64,000 nucleotides of DNA from Bdellovibrionales bacterium (GTDB lineage: Bacteria > Bdellovibrionota > Bdellovibrionia > Bdellovibrionales > JAGQZY01). The notes beneath the pieces were generated by a model. It saw only the letters and a list, made by a program, of their open reading frames with translations. It was not told where the DNA came from and ran no database searches. The stretch is from assembly GCA_964230645.1 (NCBI GenBank), contig CAXRHT010000003.1:320001-384000 (forward strand), read 5' to 3'. Both the position numbers and the translations under genes were made by a program. Shown here in pieces: positions 1-9,553 of this stretch. How positions within the stretch are numbered: position 1 is the first letter of the stretch; every line of letters starts with the position of its first letter.

Positions 1-1290
1 ATTCAATTCGAAGGCTTGTGACCACACATAGGGATTCATACCAGATGAATCGGCATAAGACTGCCCTTTGACAATCATCAGTTGAAGCATCAGTCCGTCT
101 ATGTGGGGATGCTGTAGGAATGTGTTTACCTTCTTAAAGCCGATTTTTTCGTAAAATTTAATGAGTTTTGGTTCCGACAGAATGAGGCCGTCAGGATTAT
201 CGTTGATTGTGGCGATTGCATGAATTTTTTGTAATATGCCAAGAACGACGTCCGTACCCTTAGCTTTGGGATGAACAACAAGTTTGTTGATTTCTGAGTA
301 GTTATTCTTATCTAGGCTATCTAGATTCGATAGATCGACCTTTTCCTCCATAGAAATAGAGTGGAATCGACTGAGGCGAAACTCACAACTTGCGACCAGT
401 TGCCCCGATAAATATGCACCGAGAACATAACCCTCTTTCTCCAAGCCGAGTCCCATATCTTTATAGGAACTTTTTTCACTGATCTTTCCTACGGACGAAT
501 AGCCTTGAAATCTTAACTTAAGAACTTCGTCATAATCTTTTTTATTGTTTACGATCCTTATTGTGAGGTGTTCGTTTAGTTTTTTGTTTAGAATTCCTTC
601 ATTCTTGATCGTATCAATTCTGTCAAAATCTTCTTCCGATGTTGCCAAATTTGAGATGTATCGGGTCAATAGTTCATTGAGTACTGGAGAGAGTTGTTGA
701 AAGGAAACACCATAATGTACTGATTGGGTTTCTTTTATAGCTTTGGAATTTTCAACAAAAAGATCAACTTTCGCTTTCCCGTGCCCGGCGATCTCTAGTG
801 TCGCGTTTTTTAGGTCCATGCCTGGAAAGATGTGTTTATTAGCCAGCGAGGTTTTCAGAAGAAATCCTGTTTTCGAAAGGTTCTGGACCTCGAAAAAAAT
901 GATCCTATTGGGGTACATTGGATCTTTAACGGTTACGCTCGGTCTAACAAAATTGTGACTCGAATAGCGATAGGCTCTCTCTAGAGATTCCGATGTTTTC
1001 CCTGTAAACTCCACACCAAATAGCCCATTTTCCTCAATAGTGGACCAAACAACTCGGAAAGTGATTTTTCTTTTTATTTCTCTGTCGCCTAGTAAAATTT
1101 TAAGAAAGAAGTTTTTAGGGAGGACCCAGTCTTTTTCGGTCTTTAACTGGAAACACGCGCCTCGGTGATGGTAATTAACAATTTTTAACAAAATCTCATT
1201 ACCATTTGGTAACACTAGAAAGGCTCTTAGAGGGCTCGCTAGAGATGCAGTATTGTCCCGGTATTCCAGTCTACGTTCAGAATGACTCAT
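1..1290 (-). CDS. Tandem PilZ-like domains fused to a C-terminal GNAT (FeeM/N-acyl synthase-like) domain; 3' end runs off the window
   Basis: Not in the ORF track. Manual translation from ATG at 1290 is open to position 1: MSHSERRLEYRD (RxxxR), NYHHRG and NLSKTG (D/NxSxxG-like), EVLKLRFQGY, YSEINKLVVHPKAKGTDVV, LIKFYEKIGF (GNAT motifs), MNPYVW. Confidence 0.75.
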   Translation of the reverse strand, partial: MSHSERRLEYRDNTASLASPLRAFLVLPNGNEILLKIVNYHHRGACFQLKTEKDWVLPKNFFLKILLGDREIKRKITFRVVWSTIEENGLFGVEFTGKTSESLERAYRYSSHNFVRPSVTVKDPMYPNRIIFFEVQNLSKTGFLLKTSLANKHIFPGMDLKNATLEIAGHGKAKVDLFVENSKAIKETQSVHYGVSFQQLSPVLNELLTRYISNLATSEEDFDRIDTIKNEGILNKKLNEHLTIRIVNNKKDYDEVLKLRFQGYSSVGKISEKSSYKDMGLGLEKEGYVLGAYLSGQLVASCEFRLSRFHSISMEEKVDLSNLDSLDKNNYSEINKLVVHPKAKGTDVVLGILQKIHAIATINDNPDGLILSEPKLIKFYEKIGFKKVNTFLQHPHIDGLMLQLMIVKGQSYADSSGMNPYVWSQAFELN

Positions 1291-1628
1291 CAGATACCCT
1301 ATCGGAATAATGCCAAAGAGTTTTAAGTGATTATTTTTATTTAAAAAATCATTCTTATTGGCTCTTTTTTGGAGGCAAAAAGAATCAGTTTGGCGAGGGT
1401 GTTCGACTTTGGTTTAGGTATAGTAGGCGGGAAGGTGCTAATATCGTTCAAACCACTAACTAAAAAGTTGGCTTCATTCAGTCTTTGATCTTGTTTTCTG
1501 GGCACTAAAAATGAGCCTCGACCTATAGGTAGAAATAGAAAAGCTTGCTAAGCGCCCTCCTCAAAAGTCACCCTTGTGGCTTTTTGGGCAACATCTCCTT
1601 CTGGTGACTCCAGTTGGAGTCGATTTTT

Positions 1629-2348
1629 TTAAGGTTTTACGTACCAACAAGAGGGGCGCTCGCTACCCAAAATGGCGTTTTTAAAAGTATCAAGACGACA
1701 TTGTGGAGTGGGATGAGAGGTCAAAGTCTCTTTCGGTGTCTGTTTGCTTTTCTGATCGAGTTGGGGGAAAGGTTTTCCTGCTATTTCAGCGTAGTAGGAA
1801 GTCAGGCTTTTCGCCCCTTGCAAGCTGCGTTGGCAGAGATTTTCATCAATTAAACTATTACCCGAGCAAAGAGTAAAAACGTCCTGATCAATCTCTATAC
1901 TTTTTAAGGGCGCAATAAGCGAGAGCATCTGTTTGATACAACTTCTCCCCGCAAAATAATCAGACTGTCCTTCAAAGCTAATATCACCATTTTTAGGAGC
2001 TCCTCCCAGAAGATGACCCAACTCATGGCAAATACTTAAGATAAAAGCCTCTTCATTAATGAGGTGATACCTCGCCATGCCGCCTGGAACCTCCAAAATG
2101 TAACGGTCTCCCCATTTCTCAGCCCACATGTTCACAGCGCCATCACTCCAATCTCGCCAAATTTCAAAACTTCCCCCTTTTGCGGAAATAGAAGGAGTAA
2201 AGCTTTCAATAAATTGATCCAAAATTGAGTGATATTTTTCTTCCGGAAAACCATTGTCGTATTTATTCGCAAAGCTTTTCGAATTAAGCATGAACGTGAA
2301 GAGAAGAAAGAGAAGAGTGGGGTGCAGTGTGTTTTTATAGTTAAGCAA
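1629..2348 (-). CDS. Secreted zinc metalloprotease-like protein
   Basis: N-terminal signal-like stretch; CHELGH (HExxH) followed by EGQSDYF; several Cys. Confidence 0.6.
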   Translation of the reverse strand: MLNYKNTLHPTLLFLLFTFMLNSKSFANKYDNGFPEEKYHSILDQFIESFTPSISAKGGSFEIWRDWSDGAVNMWAEKWGDRYILEVPGGMARYHLINEEAFILSICHELGHLLGGAPKNGDISFEGQSDYFAGRSCIKQMLSLIAPLKSIEIDQDVFTLCSGNSLIDENLCQRSLQGAKSLTSYYAEIAGKPFPQLDQKSKQTPKETLTSHPTPQCRLDTFKNAILGSERPSCWYVKP

Positions 2349-2657
2349 TGACGGCCTTCTTTCTTTTATTGGATAAGAGTCATGGGAATTTATCTCTAAA
2401 AGTTTAGACTTCCCTTTTAAAAAAGCAAGGTGATCAACTGTTCTAAAAGCCGCTAGTGTGGCTTTTTCGACAGAATTCCGTTCATATGTAAACTTTCTAA
2501 GGCTCTTGAAGAAGACAAAATGACCCCCCTAGGTTAAGGTTTTCCTCAGTGAATCCATGCGGATAACGCGCGGCATGATTAAGGGATTTTAAGAAGTTGA
2601 AATTTTTTCTTCTTTTAGAGACTATGCGAGCCGGATCTTCATGGGGCGGGGGAAATA

Positions 2658-3785
2658 ATGGATATCCTAGAAAATGATGAAAATTTAAAGATGGCTAAGC
2701 TGCTCTTTGAGCGCGGTGACATTATTCAGTGTGTAGAACTTCTGGAATCACAGCATCAGTCCTATTTGGAAAAAGGGACTGAGTACTACCTTGAGTGCAC
2801 CAATTATCTTTTAAGAGCTTATGCCGAACTTCAAGATCAAGCAAAAATTAGAGATTTAAAAAACACTCTGAATCAGTGGGCTTTAAACAGAGGCGAGTTA
2901 ACACCAAGAACCTACTACACTTTGGCCCTTTGTGAATCACAAAATGGCCAGTACGAACAGGCATTGGAGCTTTGTCGCAAGTCTCTCTCTCTAGCTCTTG
3001 ATCAAAATAAAAAAACAGATATTTGTTACGCGATCACAGGGATGGCCATAAGCTACTATCAATTGGGTCGTCTGCAAGAGGCATTAAAAGAAATCTACAA
3101 TCTTCAAATATTTTTTGATGCCTTGGAGCTGCCTAAGCTTCAGTTAACAGCACTTATCGTGAATGCTCATATTTATAGAAAGTTAGAGAAATACCCGCAG
3201 GCTATAGATTCTCTTTGGAACTGCTATGAAATGATCAAAGATGAAAAAGATCTCTACACCCATTTTACTCTATTGTATGGTTTAGGGCTCACTTATAAAG
3301 AAAGTGGTGATCTTGAAAAGTCGCGTACTTATCTAGAGCTTGGAGTGAGATCCATTGATGGCAAAAACATGAAAAGGCTTCACTTCTTACTTTCTGAGCT
3401 TCTTAAAGATGTTCAGAAATCAAGTAAGAGTCCTTACGATTTAGTTTACGATGTGCAATCCCATTCGATCTATGAAAAGTCGAAAGGGAAAATCGATTTT
3501 AAAAACCAGTTTATTCTTCTAGAGATGCTAAAGTTATTTTTGGCTCACCCAGGACGAGTTTTTTCCAAAGAAGAGCTCATCGAAACCATCTGGAAGCAAA
3601 GCTATAATCCGTCGGTTCATGATAATAAAATTTATGTGACCATTAAGCGTTTAAGAAAAGTGATTGAGCCTGATTACAATAAGCCCAAGTATATTTTCTT
3701 GGCGAAAAATGGTTACTATTTAAGTAAAGATGTAAAAATCCAAGTGCGTGGTGTTGAATCTGGTATGAGAGAGGAGTCGTTATAA
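2658..3785 (+). CDS. TPR-repeat protein with C-terminal OmpR-type winged-helix DNA-binding domain
   Basis: Helical TPR-like repeats, then GRVFSKEELIETIW...IYVTIKRLRKVIE...GYYL (Trans_reg_C pattern). Confidence 0.8.
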   Translation: MDILENDENLKMAKLLFERGDIIQCVELLESQHQSYLEKGTEYYLECTNYLLRAYAELQDQAKIRDLKNTLNQWALNRGELTPRTYYTLALCESQNGQYEQALELCRKSLSLALDQNKKTDICYAITGMAISYYQLGRLQEALKEIYNLQIFFDALELPKLQLTALIVNAHIYRKLEKYPQAIDSLWNCYEMIKDEKDLYTHFTLLYGLGLTYKESGDLEKSRTYLELGVRSIDGKNMKRLHFLLSELLKDVQKSSKSPYDLVYDVQSHSIYEKSKGKIDFKNQFILLEMLKLFLAHPGRVFSKEELIETIWKQSYNPSVHDNKIYVTIKRLRKVIEPDYNKPKYIFLAKNGYYLSKDVKIQVRGVESGMREESL

Positions 3786-4381
3786 TGTTGAGTCGGATCT
3801 GGAGAGCTATTCCCTTATTGTTGGTCGTGTTGTTGACAGGGTTCACCTATCCTGGAGGAAATGTTCAGTTTGGTGGAGAAATACCTTGGCCTTTATCCAA
3901 TCAAAGAGCGGTTTCTGAATCGACATCTCAAGGACTTTGGGATTTACAAAGTCATGAAACCAGAAAATTGTTTAACGTAGAAATTGTTACGGATCATGAG
4001 TCCGGTTACGACTGGATTCGCGTGGCAGAAATTGACCCAGAAAATTACACGGTGATGTCTTGGGGTGAAGGCATTTTTCGAACAGGAGCTTTTACTCGCA
4101 CCCAGTGGCAATCAAGCTTTTTTGATGTGACCACTCAGCCCGGCGCTAAAAGCGACAAATATGGCCGTTATATTACAATGTTCCCTAATGGGGATATTAA
4201 TGAGCCGCCTTACCTCCTTCGTCTTGTGGAAGTAAAAACGGCGGTAGGACATGTGCTGGGTCTATCCGTTATTCACTATATCGATTATCGCTACGACCAT
4301 ATGTTAGGACAAAAGATTCTCGATCAACCCCTTCGTTGTGACGAAAGGGCCGGTGAGCAGCTTTCCTGCTTTATTGACTAG
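3785..4381 (+). CDS. Hypothetical exported protein
   Basis: Signal-like N-terminus; start overlaps the upstream stop (TAATG); followed by a terminator. Confidence 0.65.
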   Translation: MLSRIWRAIPLLLVVLLTGFTYPGGNVQFGGEIPWPLSNQRAVSESTSQGLWDLQSHETRKLFNVEIVTDHESGYDWIRVAEIDPENYTVMSWGEGIFRTGAFTRTQWQSSFFDVTTQPGAKSDKYGRYITMFPNGDINEPPYLLRLVEVKTAVGHVLGLSVIHYIDYRYDHMLGQKILDQPLRCDERAGEQLSCFID

Positions 4382-4401
4382 ATACAATTTTATAAAAATT
4401 C

Positions 4402-4440
4402 AAAAGCCAAAACTTCATTGAAAGTTTTGGCTTTTTTTTT
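4402..4440 (+). terminator. Rho-independent terminator, probably bidirectional
   Basis: aaaagccaaaactt-cattga-aagttttggcttttttttt between convergent genes. Confidence 0.8.
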
Positions 4441-4475
4441 ATTGAGCGATAGCGCTTTGGCCTGTCCTCCGCTGA

Positions 4476-5279
4476 TCAATCAATGCGAGATACAGATAAG
4501 CGGTTAACACAAATATTAGCAGCGTCAGCATCACTAACCGAGCGATCATAAATTTGATGGCAACGGCCGAAACTATCAGAATTAAAATCAACGGTTCGTG
4601 TCTGAATATACTCAACACAGCGATCGGCCGCGATATTATCGTTTAAAGATCTATCTAAGATTTGGTAGCAGCGATTAAAGTTAGAATCAGTGTAATTAAA
4701 ATTTGTAGTACTGATGGAGTTAAAGCAAGACTCAAGAGCTGAATTGTCGTTTAGTGACCGGTCGTAGATCTTGTAACAGGCCTGAAAGCTTGGACTATTG
4801 AAGTCAAACTCGGGAACCTCGTTAAGATGCTGGACACAATTGAGTAGTGCCACATGGTCACTCTCAGAACGATCTCTTATGGTATAACACCTGTTGAAGG
4901 CGTCACTATTAAAGTCAAATCTCTGAGATAACAAAATTTGCTCGCATTCACGAGCAGCATCAGAATCATTCAGTGAGCGATCCATTATCTGATAACATCG
5001 ATTGAAGTTTGAATTATTATTATAAAGATTTTGTAAATAGTGTTGGCGGGCCTGATCAAGGTTGGCCGGGCGTGTACAGAGAGATAGGGCGCGGTCCATA
5101 TTATCAACCGTTTCACCATTATCACCGACACATTGAATTCCATCAGCCACTCTCTGCCACCGATACTCGGAACGCAATTGCTCTGTCTCTCCTCCAGTAT
5201 TTTCTGTCGTAGTCACTTCGGCTAAAGAAATCGAAGCTCCACAAAACAGGAATAGGGGGAGCAAAAAAAGCTTTCTCAT
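4476..5279 (-). CDS. Secreted protein with five ~36-aa Cys-containing tandem repeats
   Basis: Start MRKLFLLPLF preceded by AAGGAG SD; repeats of (F/V)DFNSxxFxRCYxIxDRSxxDxxAxxxC. Confidence 0.75.
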   Translation of the reverse strand: MRKLFLLPLFLFCGASISLAEVTTTENTGGETEQLRSEYRWQRVADGIQCVGDNGETVDNMDRALSLCTRPANLDQARQHYLQNLYNNNSNFNRCYQIMDRSLNDSDAARECEQILLSQRFDFNSDAFNRCYTIRDRSESDHVALLNCVQHLNEVPEFDFNSPSFQACYKIYDRSLNDNSALESCFNSISTTNFNYTDSNFNRCYQILDRSLNDNIAADRCVEYIQTRTVDFNSDSFGRCHQIYDRSVSDADAANICVNRLSVSRID

Positions 5280-5317
5280 GGTTATCTCCTTTAACAAAAT
5301 CTTTCGAACTTTAAGGA

Positions 5318-5332
5318 GCAAGAATTAAGCCA
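5318..5332 (-). promoter_or_regulatory. Putative sigma-54 (-24/-12) promoter of the Cys-repeat gene
   Basis: Minus strand TGGC-ttaattc-TTGC, correct GG-N10-GC spacing, ~40 nt upstream of the ATG. Confidence 0.6.
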
Positions 5333-5807
5333 ATGGTTCTAATGAGCTTGAATCCTTGTTGTTTCGCGAGAAATGACTTCATACTTCAGTAATTTTCTTT
5401 GGATCGCAGAACGTATTCTCCAAAACTTTGTAAAACTGAATACATTTTTAGGGTCTAAAATGGCAAATATGTGAAATTAGTATACTTTAGGCTTCTATTT
5501 TTTTTACAGAAAGTGAATTAAGGGCATATCATTTCGCTAATTGTCTCATCATGATACTTAAACCTTCGCTTAAGACAGTAGATCTCTTTTCTTTTGAAAT
5601 CTGAAAAAAGCATGCAGTTAATCCTGAGTTCGTTTTCCGCCCATTATAAATTTCAGTTCAAATCATTCGGTCAAAGTTTAATCAATTGATTGACTATTTT
5701 CGCGCATTAACTCTTTAGAGCTGTGAAAATAAAAATAGTAAATAGACAGGCATAGTATGTTGGAACAATATTTGAATAAGAGGGGAGCACACGCTTAAGG
5801 GAGCAAA

Positions 5808-6422
5808 ATGTTTAAAAAGCTGTTTATAAAATCGAGTGTCACATTTCTAACGGCTCTGTGGATGATTCCATTGGTTGCTGAAGATTTGTCTAATATTCCT
5901 CAACCCCTTCCGGGTGAGAATGTTTGCTCAGCCTACGTGAGTGAGTACTCTCTGTTTGGAAACCACTTGGAAAATCCTATGCGTACGGTTCGTAATCTTC
6001 CTTTGCGATATTGTCGGACGGGAAAAGCTCTAGAGGGAGGCTTCTTATCGGCTTTTGGTGCCCGTTTACGAGTGGCTGCAGTCGGCGACGTTTATGCTTA
6101 CCAGCCTACGGCTAATAACTCAGGCGTGCAGGCGGAGGTGGTAAATCCCAATCGTTCGAGAGTTGTCTGTCATGCCCGATTGGTGAGTGATCAAGGAGAC
6201 ATCACCAGTCTTCGCAATTTGGCTGAAGGTCTTTGTGTAGCTGGTCTTCAATTTGAAGTGGTGATTAATGGTCGGCGACAAAGAGTGACTGTTGAAGCGC
6301 CCGATGATTTTCACTATGTGCCGGCTAGTGAAACTGTGTTTAACGCACCCACAAGTGACCAACTCCCCCAGAATCATGAAAACCTAAGACCTCAGCCCGC
6401 CTCCCTAGGAATTGCCATTTAA
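5808..6422 (+). CDS. Hypothetical secreted protein
   Basis: SD AAGGGAG, signal peptide, four Cys. Confidence 0.65.
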   Translation: MFKKLFIKSSVTFLTALWMIPLVAEDLSNIPQPLPGENVCSAYVSEYSLFGNHLENPMRTVRNLPLRYCRTGKALEGGFLSAFGARLRVAAVGDVYAYQPTANNSGVQAEVVNPNRSRVVCHARLVSDQGDITSLRNLAEGLCVAGLQFEVVINGRRQRVTVEAPDDFHYVPASETVFNAPTSDQLPQNHENLRPQPASLGIAI

Positions 6423-6472
6423 AATAAAACGGGTATAAGCGCTGTCATTTTGAGCATCCGAATTGCCAAATC

Positions 6473-6565
6473 GTCATTCTGAGCGTAGCGAAGAATCTTT
6501 CGCCACTGAGTTTACACTATCAATCAAAGTCCTCGGTAAAGATCCTTCGCTTCGCTCAGGATGAC
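6473..6565. repeat. REP-like long palindromic element
   Basis: GTCATTCTGAGCGTAGCGAAGAATCT...AGATCCTTCGCTTCGCTCAGGATGAC: ~26-bp imperfect inverted arms around a spacer. Confidence 0.75.
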
Positions 6566-6682
6566 AATCGACGCTAATCGCAAAGCTCGGGCGACAGTAG
6601 GGAATATTGGCCAATAAAATAAAAATGTAGATTTTCGGATATCTGATAACCGATATCTTGATATCAGATATCGGTATTTAAA

Positions 6683-6758
6683 TGGTAGGGCCTACCGGGG
6701 TCGAACCGATGACATCCACCTTGTAAGGGTGGCGCTCTACCAACTGAGCTAAGGCCCT
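6683..6758 (-). tRNA. tRNA-Val (TAC)
   Basis: Reverse complement folds to a cloverleaf: AGGGCCT acceptor, CCACC-ctTACaa-GGTGG anticodon arm, GGTTCGA T-loop, encoded CCA. Confidence 0.97.
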
Positions 6759-6775
6759 AAAAAGATTAGAGTGTG

Positions 6776-6804
6776 TTTATAGTTGAAATGGAAAGGCTTG
6801 TCGA
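6776..6804 (-). promoter_or_regulatory. Putative sigma-70 promoter of tRNA-Val
   Basis: TCGACA-17 nt-TATAAA on the minus strand. Confidence 0.55.
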
Positions 6805-6880
6805 GGGAAAAATGACAAAGAGCGAACCCTCTAAGTATCTGAAATTACTGAAACTAAGCTTATAACCTCGAAGGTTTTTT

Positions 6881-7984
6881 TTACCCGAGCTCCTGAATTC
6901 CTTTTAACTCTTCGGGTGTATAGTCATAAAGATCACCAAAGAGGACACTCCCCTTATCGGTGAATGAATAGTGGTGAATGGGGCTTACAAAGAAGTGGCT
7001 CTTTTCTTCAAAAAAGGGAATTTGGTAGAGTCTCTCCTTAATTTCCATGGCTTTATCGAGATAAGTGGGGGGAACCATGACTCGCACACCAAACCACCAA
7101 CGATCGGCCTTCTCGTCCCGACATTTTTGAACCACTATTCGCCGGCAAGTTTCCACCAGTCGATCCACATCCATAAACTCAAGATGCACACTCAGACCGA
7201 TACAGCTTTTTTGGATCAATTGCTCCATATACTTTCCGCCACGGCTGCCGTTGGTTGTGGTGTGCACGATGTGGCCCATGTCGGTCACATAATCAACCCA
7301 GCGGAGGTAGTCGGGAATAATAGTGGGCTCACCGCCAGTGATCACCCATTTGATCTTCTTGTCAGGACCATACATTTTTAGGACCTTATTGGTGGCAAGC
7401 ATAAGGTTGTCCCAGGTCTGCAAAGGATCGGTTCGACTGGAAACTTGCGGAGGGCAGTAGCTACAAGAGTAATTGCACCTTTTGCCAATATCCCATGAAA
7501 CTGTATTAAATTGTTCCTCAGCGACGGGGAAGTGGTAAGGGCCGACCCAAGTGGGCTCTCTCATGTTGTTAGTGGGCTTGAGCCTCATCTTGTGAGCGTC
7601 TTCAGCATAGGTCTGCCAGCTTTTGTCTTTGGCTTTACGTATCTGCATGTCGCCACCACACATGCAGGACTTTTTGGTGCATCGGACCCAATCTTTCGGT
7701 AACTGGATATCGTCTTTATAGATGTTTCCTTGGATTCCGTTGATGTTGCAGGCTGCAAGCTGAACCAAGCCATAGTGGCTAATATGGAGACTCTCGGTGC
7801 CAGCCGCACAAAGCCAACCCTCAAAATTGTTGAGTTTCTTCGACATAAGCTCTTCTGTCGAATAAGTTTGAAACTGGCCCTTTTTATCAACGACGATGAC
7901 GGACTTTGAAGGATCTTTTTCATGCTGATTCTTCTTTTCGTTCCAGTTTCGTTTCCAGTTTTTGGTTCTCTCAAAAAAATTCAC
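6881..7984 (-). CDS. Radical SAM protein with N-terminal SPASM/Twitch-like Cys-rich domain
   Basis: CNYSCSYC and ITGGEPT motifs; N-terminal WLCAAG...AAC...RCTKKSCMC. Confidence 0.85.
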   Translation of the reverse strand: MNFFERTKNWKRNWNEKKNQHEKDPSKSVIVVDKKGQFQTYSTEELMSKKLNNFEGWLCAAGTESLHISHYGLVQLAACNINGIQGNIYKDDIQLPKDWVRCTKKSCMCGGDMQIRKAKDKSWQTYAEDAHKMRLKPTNNMREPTWVGPYHFPVAEEQFNTVSWDIGKRCNYSCSYCPPQVSSRTDPLQTWDNLMLATNKVLKMYGPDKKIKWVITGGEPTIIPDYLRWVDYVTDMGHIVHTTTNGSRGGKYMEQLIQKSCIGLSVHLEFMDVDRLVETCRRIVVQKCRDEKADRWWFGVRVMVPPTYLDKAMEIKERLYQIPFFEEKSHFFVSPIHHYSFTDKGSVLFGDLYDYTPEELKGIQELG

Positions 7985-8175
7985 GAGTTAACGCCTTTCC
8001 AGGGTTTTTATTGAGACTCACTGACTAGTGCCAGATTTGTATCTTATACTCATCTTCCCATATAGTAGAATTTCACAAATTTTTAAGAAAAAAAACGATC
8101 TTGGTACCCCAAAGCGCTTAAAATCAGTCCTAATTTCATTTTGACTCGTAGTCTCAAGGGTGATTCAGTTATTGA

Positions 8176-9516
8176 GTGTTTCGAAAATTCTTTGTGACCG
8201 AGTATTCAAAAAAATTTTGCGTTAATCCATGGGTTCAGCAGCAAACCACCCCAAGTGGACGGGTTAATTTTTGTTGTGTCTCAGCCAATACATGGGTGAG
8301 CGATGAAGAGGGTCAGCCCATTGAACTAAAGGAAGACTCCCTCAGAAAGGCATGGAACTCTAAAGATATGCGTGCCATTCGGCGGGATATGATTGAGGGT
8401 AAAGCTGTCCGGGGTTGTGAGGTCTGCTACGAGCAGGAGCGGGTCGGTAAAAAAAGTTACCGACAGCATAGCAATGAAGAGTGGTTTTGGAAATTGAAGC
8501 CAAAGGTTTTGAGAGCGAGAATCGAGAAGTCCAAACATGAAGACTTTCACGTTGAGGATTATCCCGATTATTTAGACTTACGCTTGGGTAACTTGTGTAA
8601 TCTGAAATGTCGTACTTGCAACCCAACCAATAGTACACAGATCGATCGAGAGTGGAAGAAAATCGACGCCCAAACAAATCACGACCACTCCCGCTTTTGG
8701 AAAAAGTACAACATCACTAGAGCCCCAATAGACAATTGGTATGAGAGCGATCAATTTTGGCATTCGGTGGAAGAAAATCTTCCTTACCTGAAAAAAATTT
8801 ATATGACCGGAGGAGAACCAACTCTTATTAGACGTAACTTAGAGTTTCTGCGTCGGTGTAAAGAGCTTGGCTACGCCTCCAAAATAGAAATATTTTTTAG
8901 TCTTAACCTCACAAAAATAGAGGACGATTTTCTAGAGTGCTTGCAGGGTTTTAGAAAAGTGAGAATCAATGGAAGCATTGATGGGTACGGGACGGTCAAT
9001 GACTATATCCGGTTTCCCAGCCGGTGGAAAGACATTGACTCAAACTTAAGGAAACTAGCGAGTCTTGATGGTCTTCCTCTTGAGATCGGCACGAGCACGG
9101 TGATCCAGCCCTATAATATTTTAAATCTACCCAAACTTTTTGGTTACCTCGAAGACGTCAATCGACAATCAAGAAACAAAGTATTGATCGATTCCTTGTT
9201 CTGTACCCATCCCGATTTTTTAGACATCATTCATTTTCCACCACAACTTAAAGCGGTGGCTTTGAAACAGTTGAAAGAGTATCGAAGCCAGTCACGATTG
9301 TACCGATCGATTTCAAAGAATGGACTTTTCTTCAGAAATAGTCTTGATAGTACTATTAAGCGTCTAGAAAGTGGCTTGCATTCACAAGACGCTGACCTTG
9401 TGCGAGACTTCCAAAATTACACTGTTAAGCTTGACAGATTTCGCAAGCAGGATTTTTCCAAGGTCTTTCCAGAAACGGCGGCAATCCTTAGTGAAGTGGG
9501 ATTTTCTTTTAGTTGA
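8176..9516 (+). CDS. Twitch-domain-containing radical SAM protein
   Basis: N-terminal FCVNPW...FCC...GCEVC; LGNLCNLKCRTC; MTGGEPT; SIDG. Confidence 0.85.
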   Translation: MFRKFFVTEYSKKFCVNPWVQQQTTPSGRVNFCCVSANTWVSDEEGQPIELKEDSLRKAWNSKDMRAIRRDMIEGKAVRGCEVCYEQERVGKKSYRQHSNEEWFWKLKPKVLRARIEKSKHEDFHVEDYPDYLDLRLGNLCNLKCRTCNPTNSTQIDREWKKIDAQTNHDHSRFWKKYNITRAPIDNWYESDQFWHSVEENLPYLKKIYMTGGEPTLIRRNLEFLRRCKELGYASKIEIFFSLNLTKIEDDFLECLQGFRKVRINGSIDGYGTVNDYIRFPSRWKDIDSNLRKLASLDGLPLEIGTSTVIQPYNILNLPKLFGYLEDVNRQSRNKVLIDSLFCTHPDFLDIIHFPPQLKAVALKQLKEYRSQSRLYRSISKNGLFFRNSLDSTIKRLESGLHSQDADLVRDFQNYTVKLDRFRKQDFSKVFPETAAILSEVGFSFS

Positions 9517-9553
9517 CCTTTAAGTTGCGGAGTAATTTCATTCCAACTAATTT

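Noticed and set aside
5746..5765. Sigma-54-like motifs before the 5808 gene (also near 32742, 33927 and 8030)
   Set aside because: GG-N10-GC spacing or the -12 element is not satisfied.
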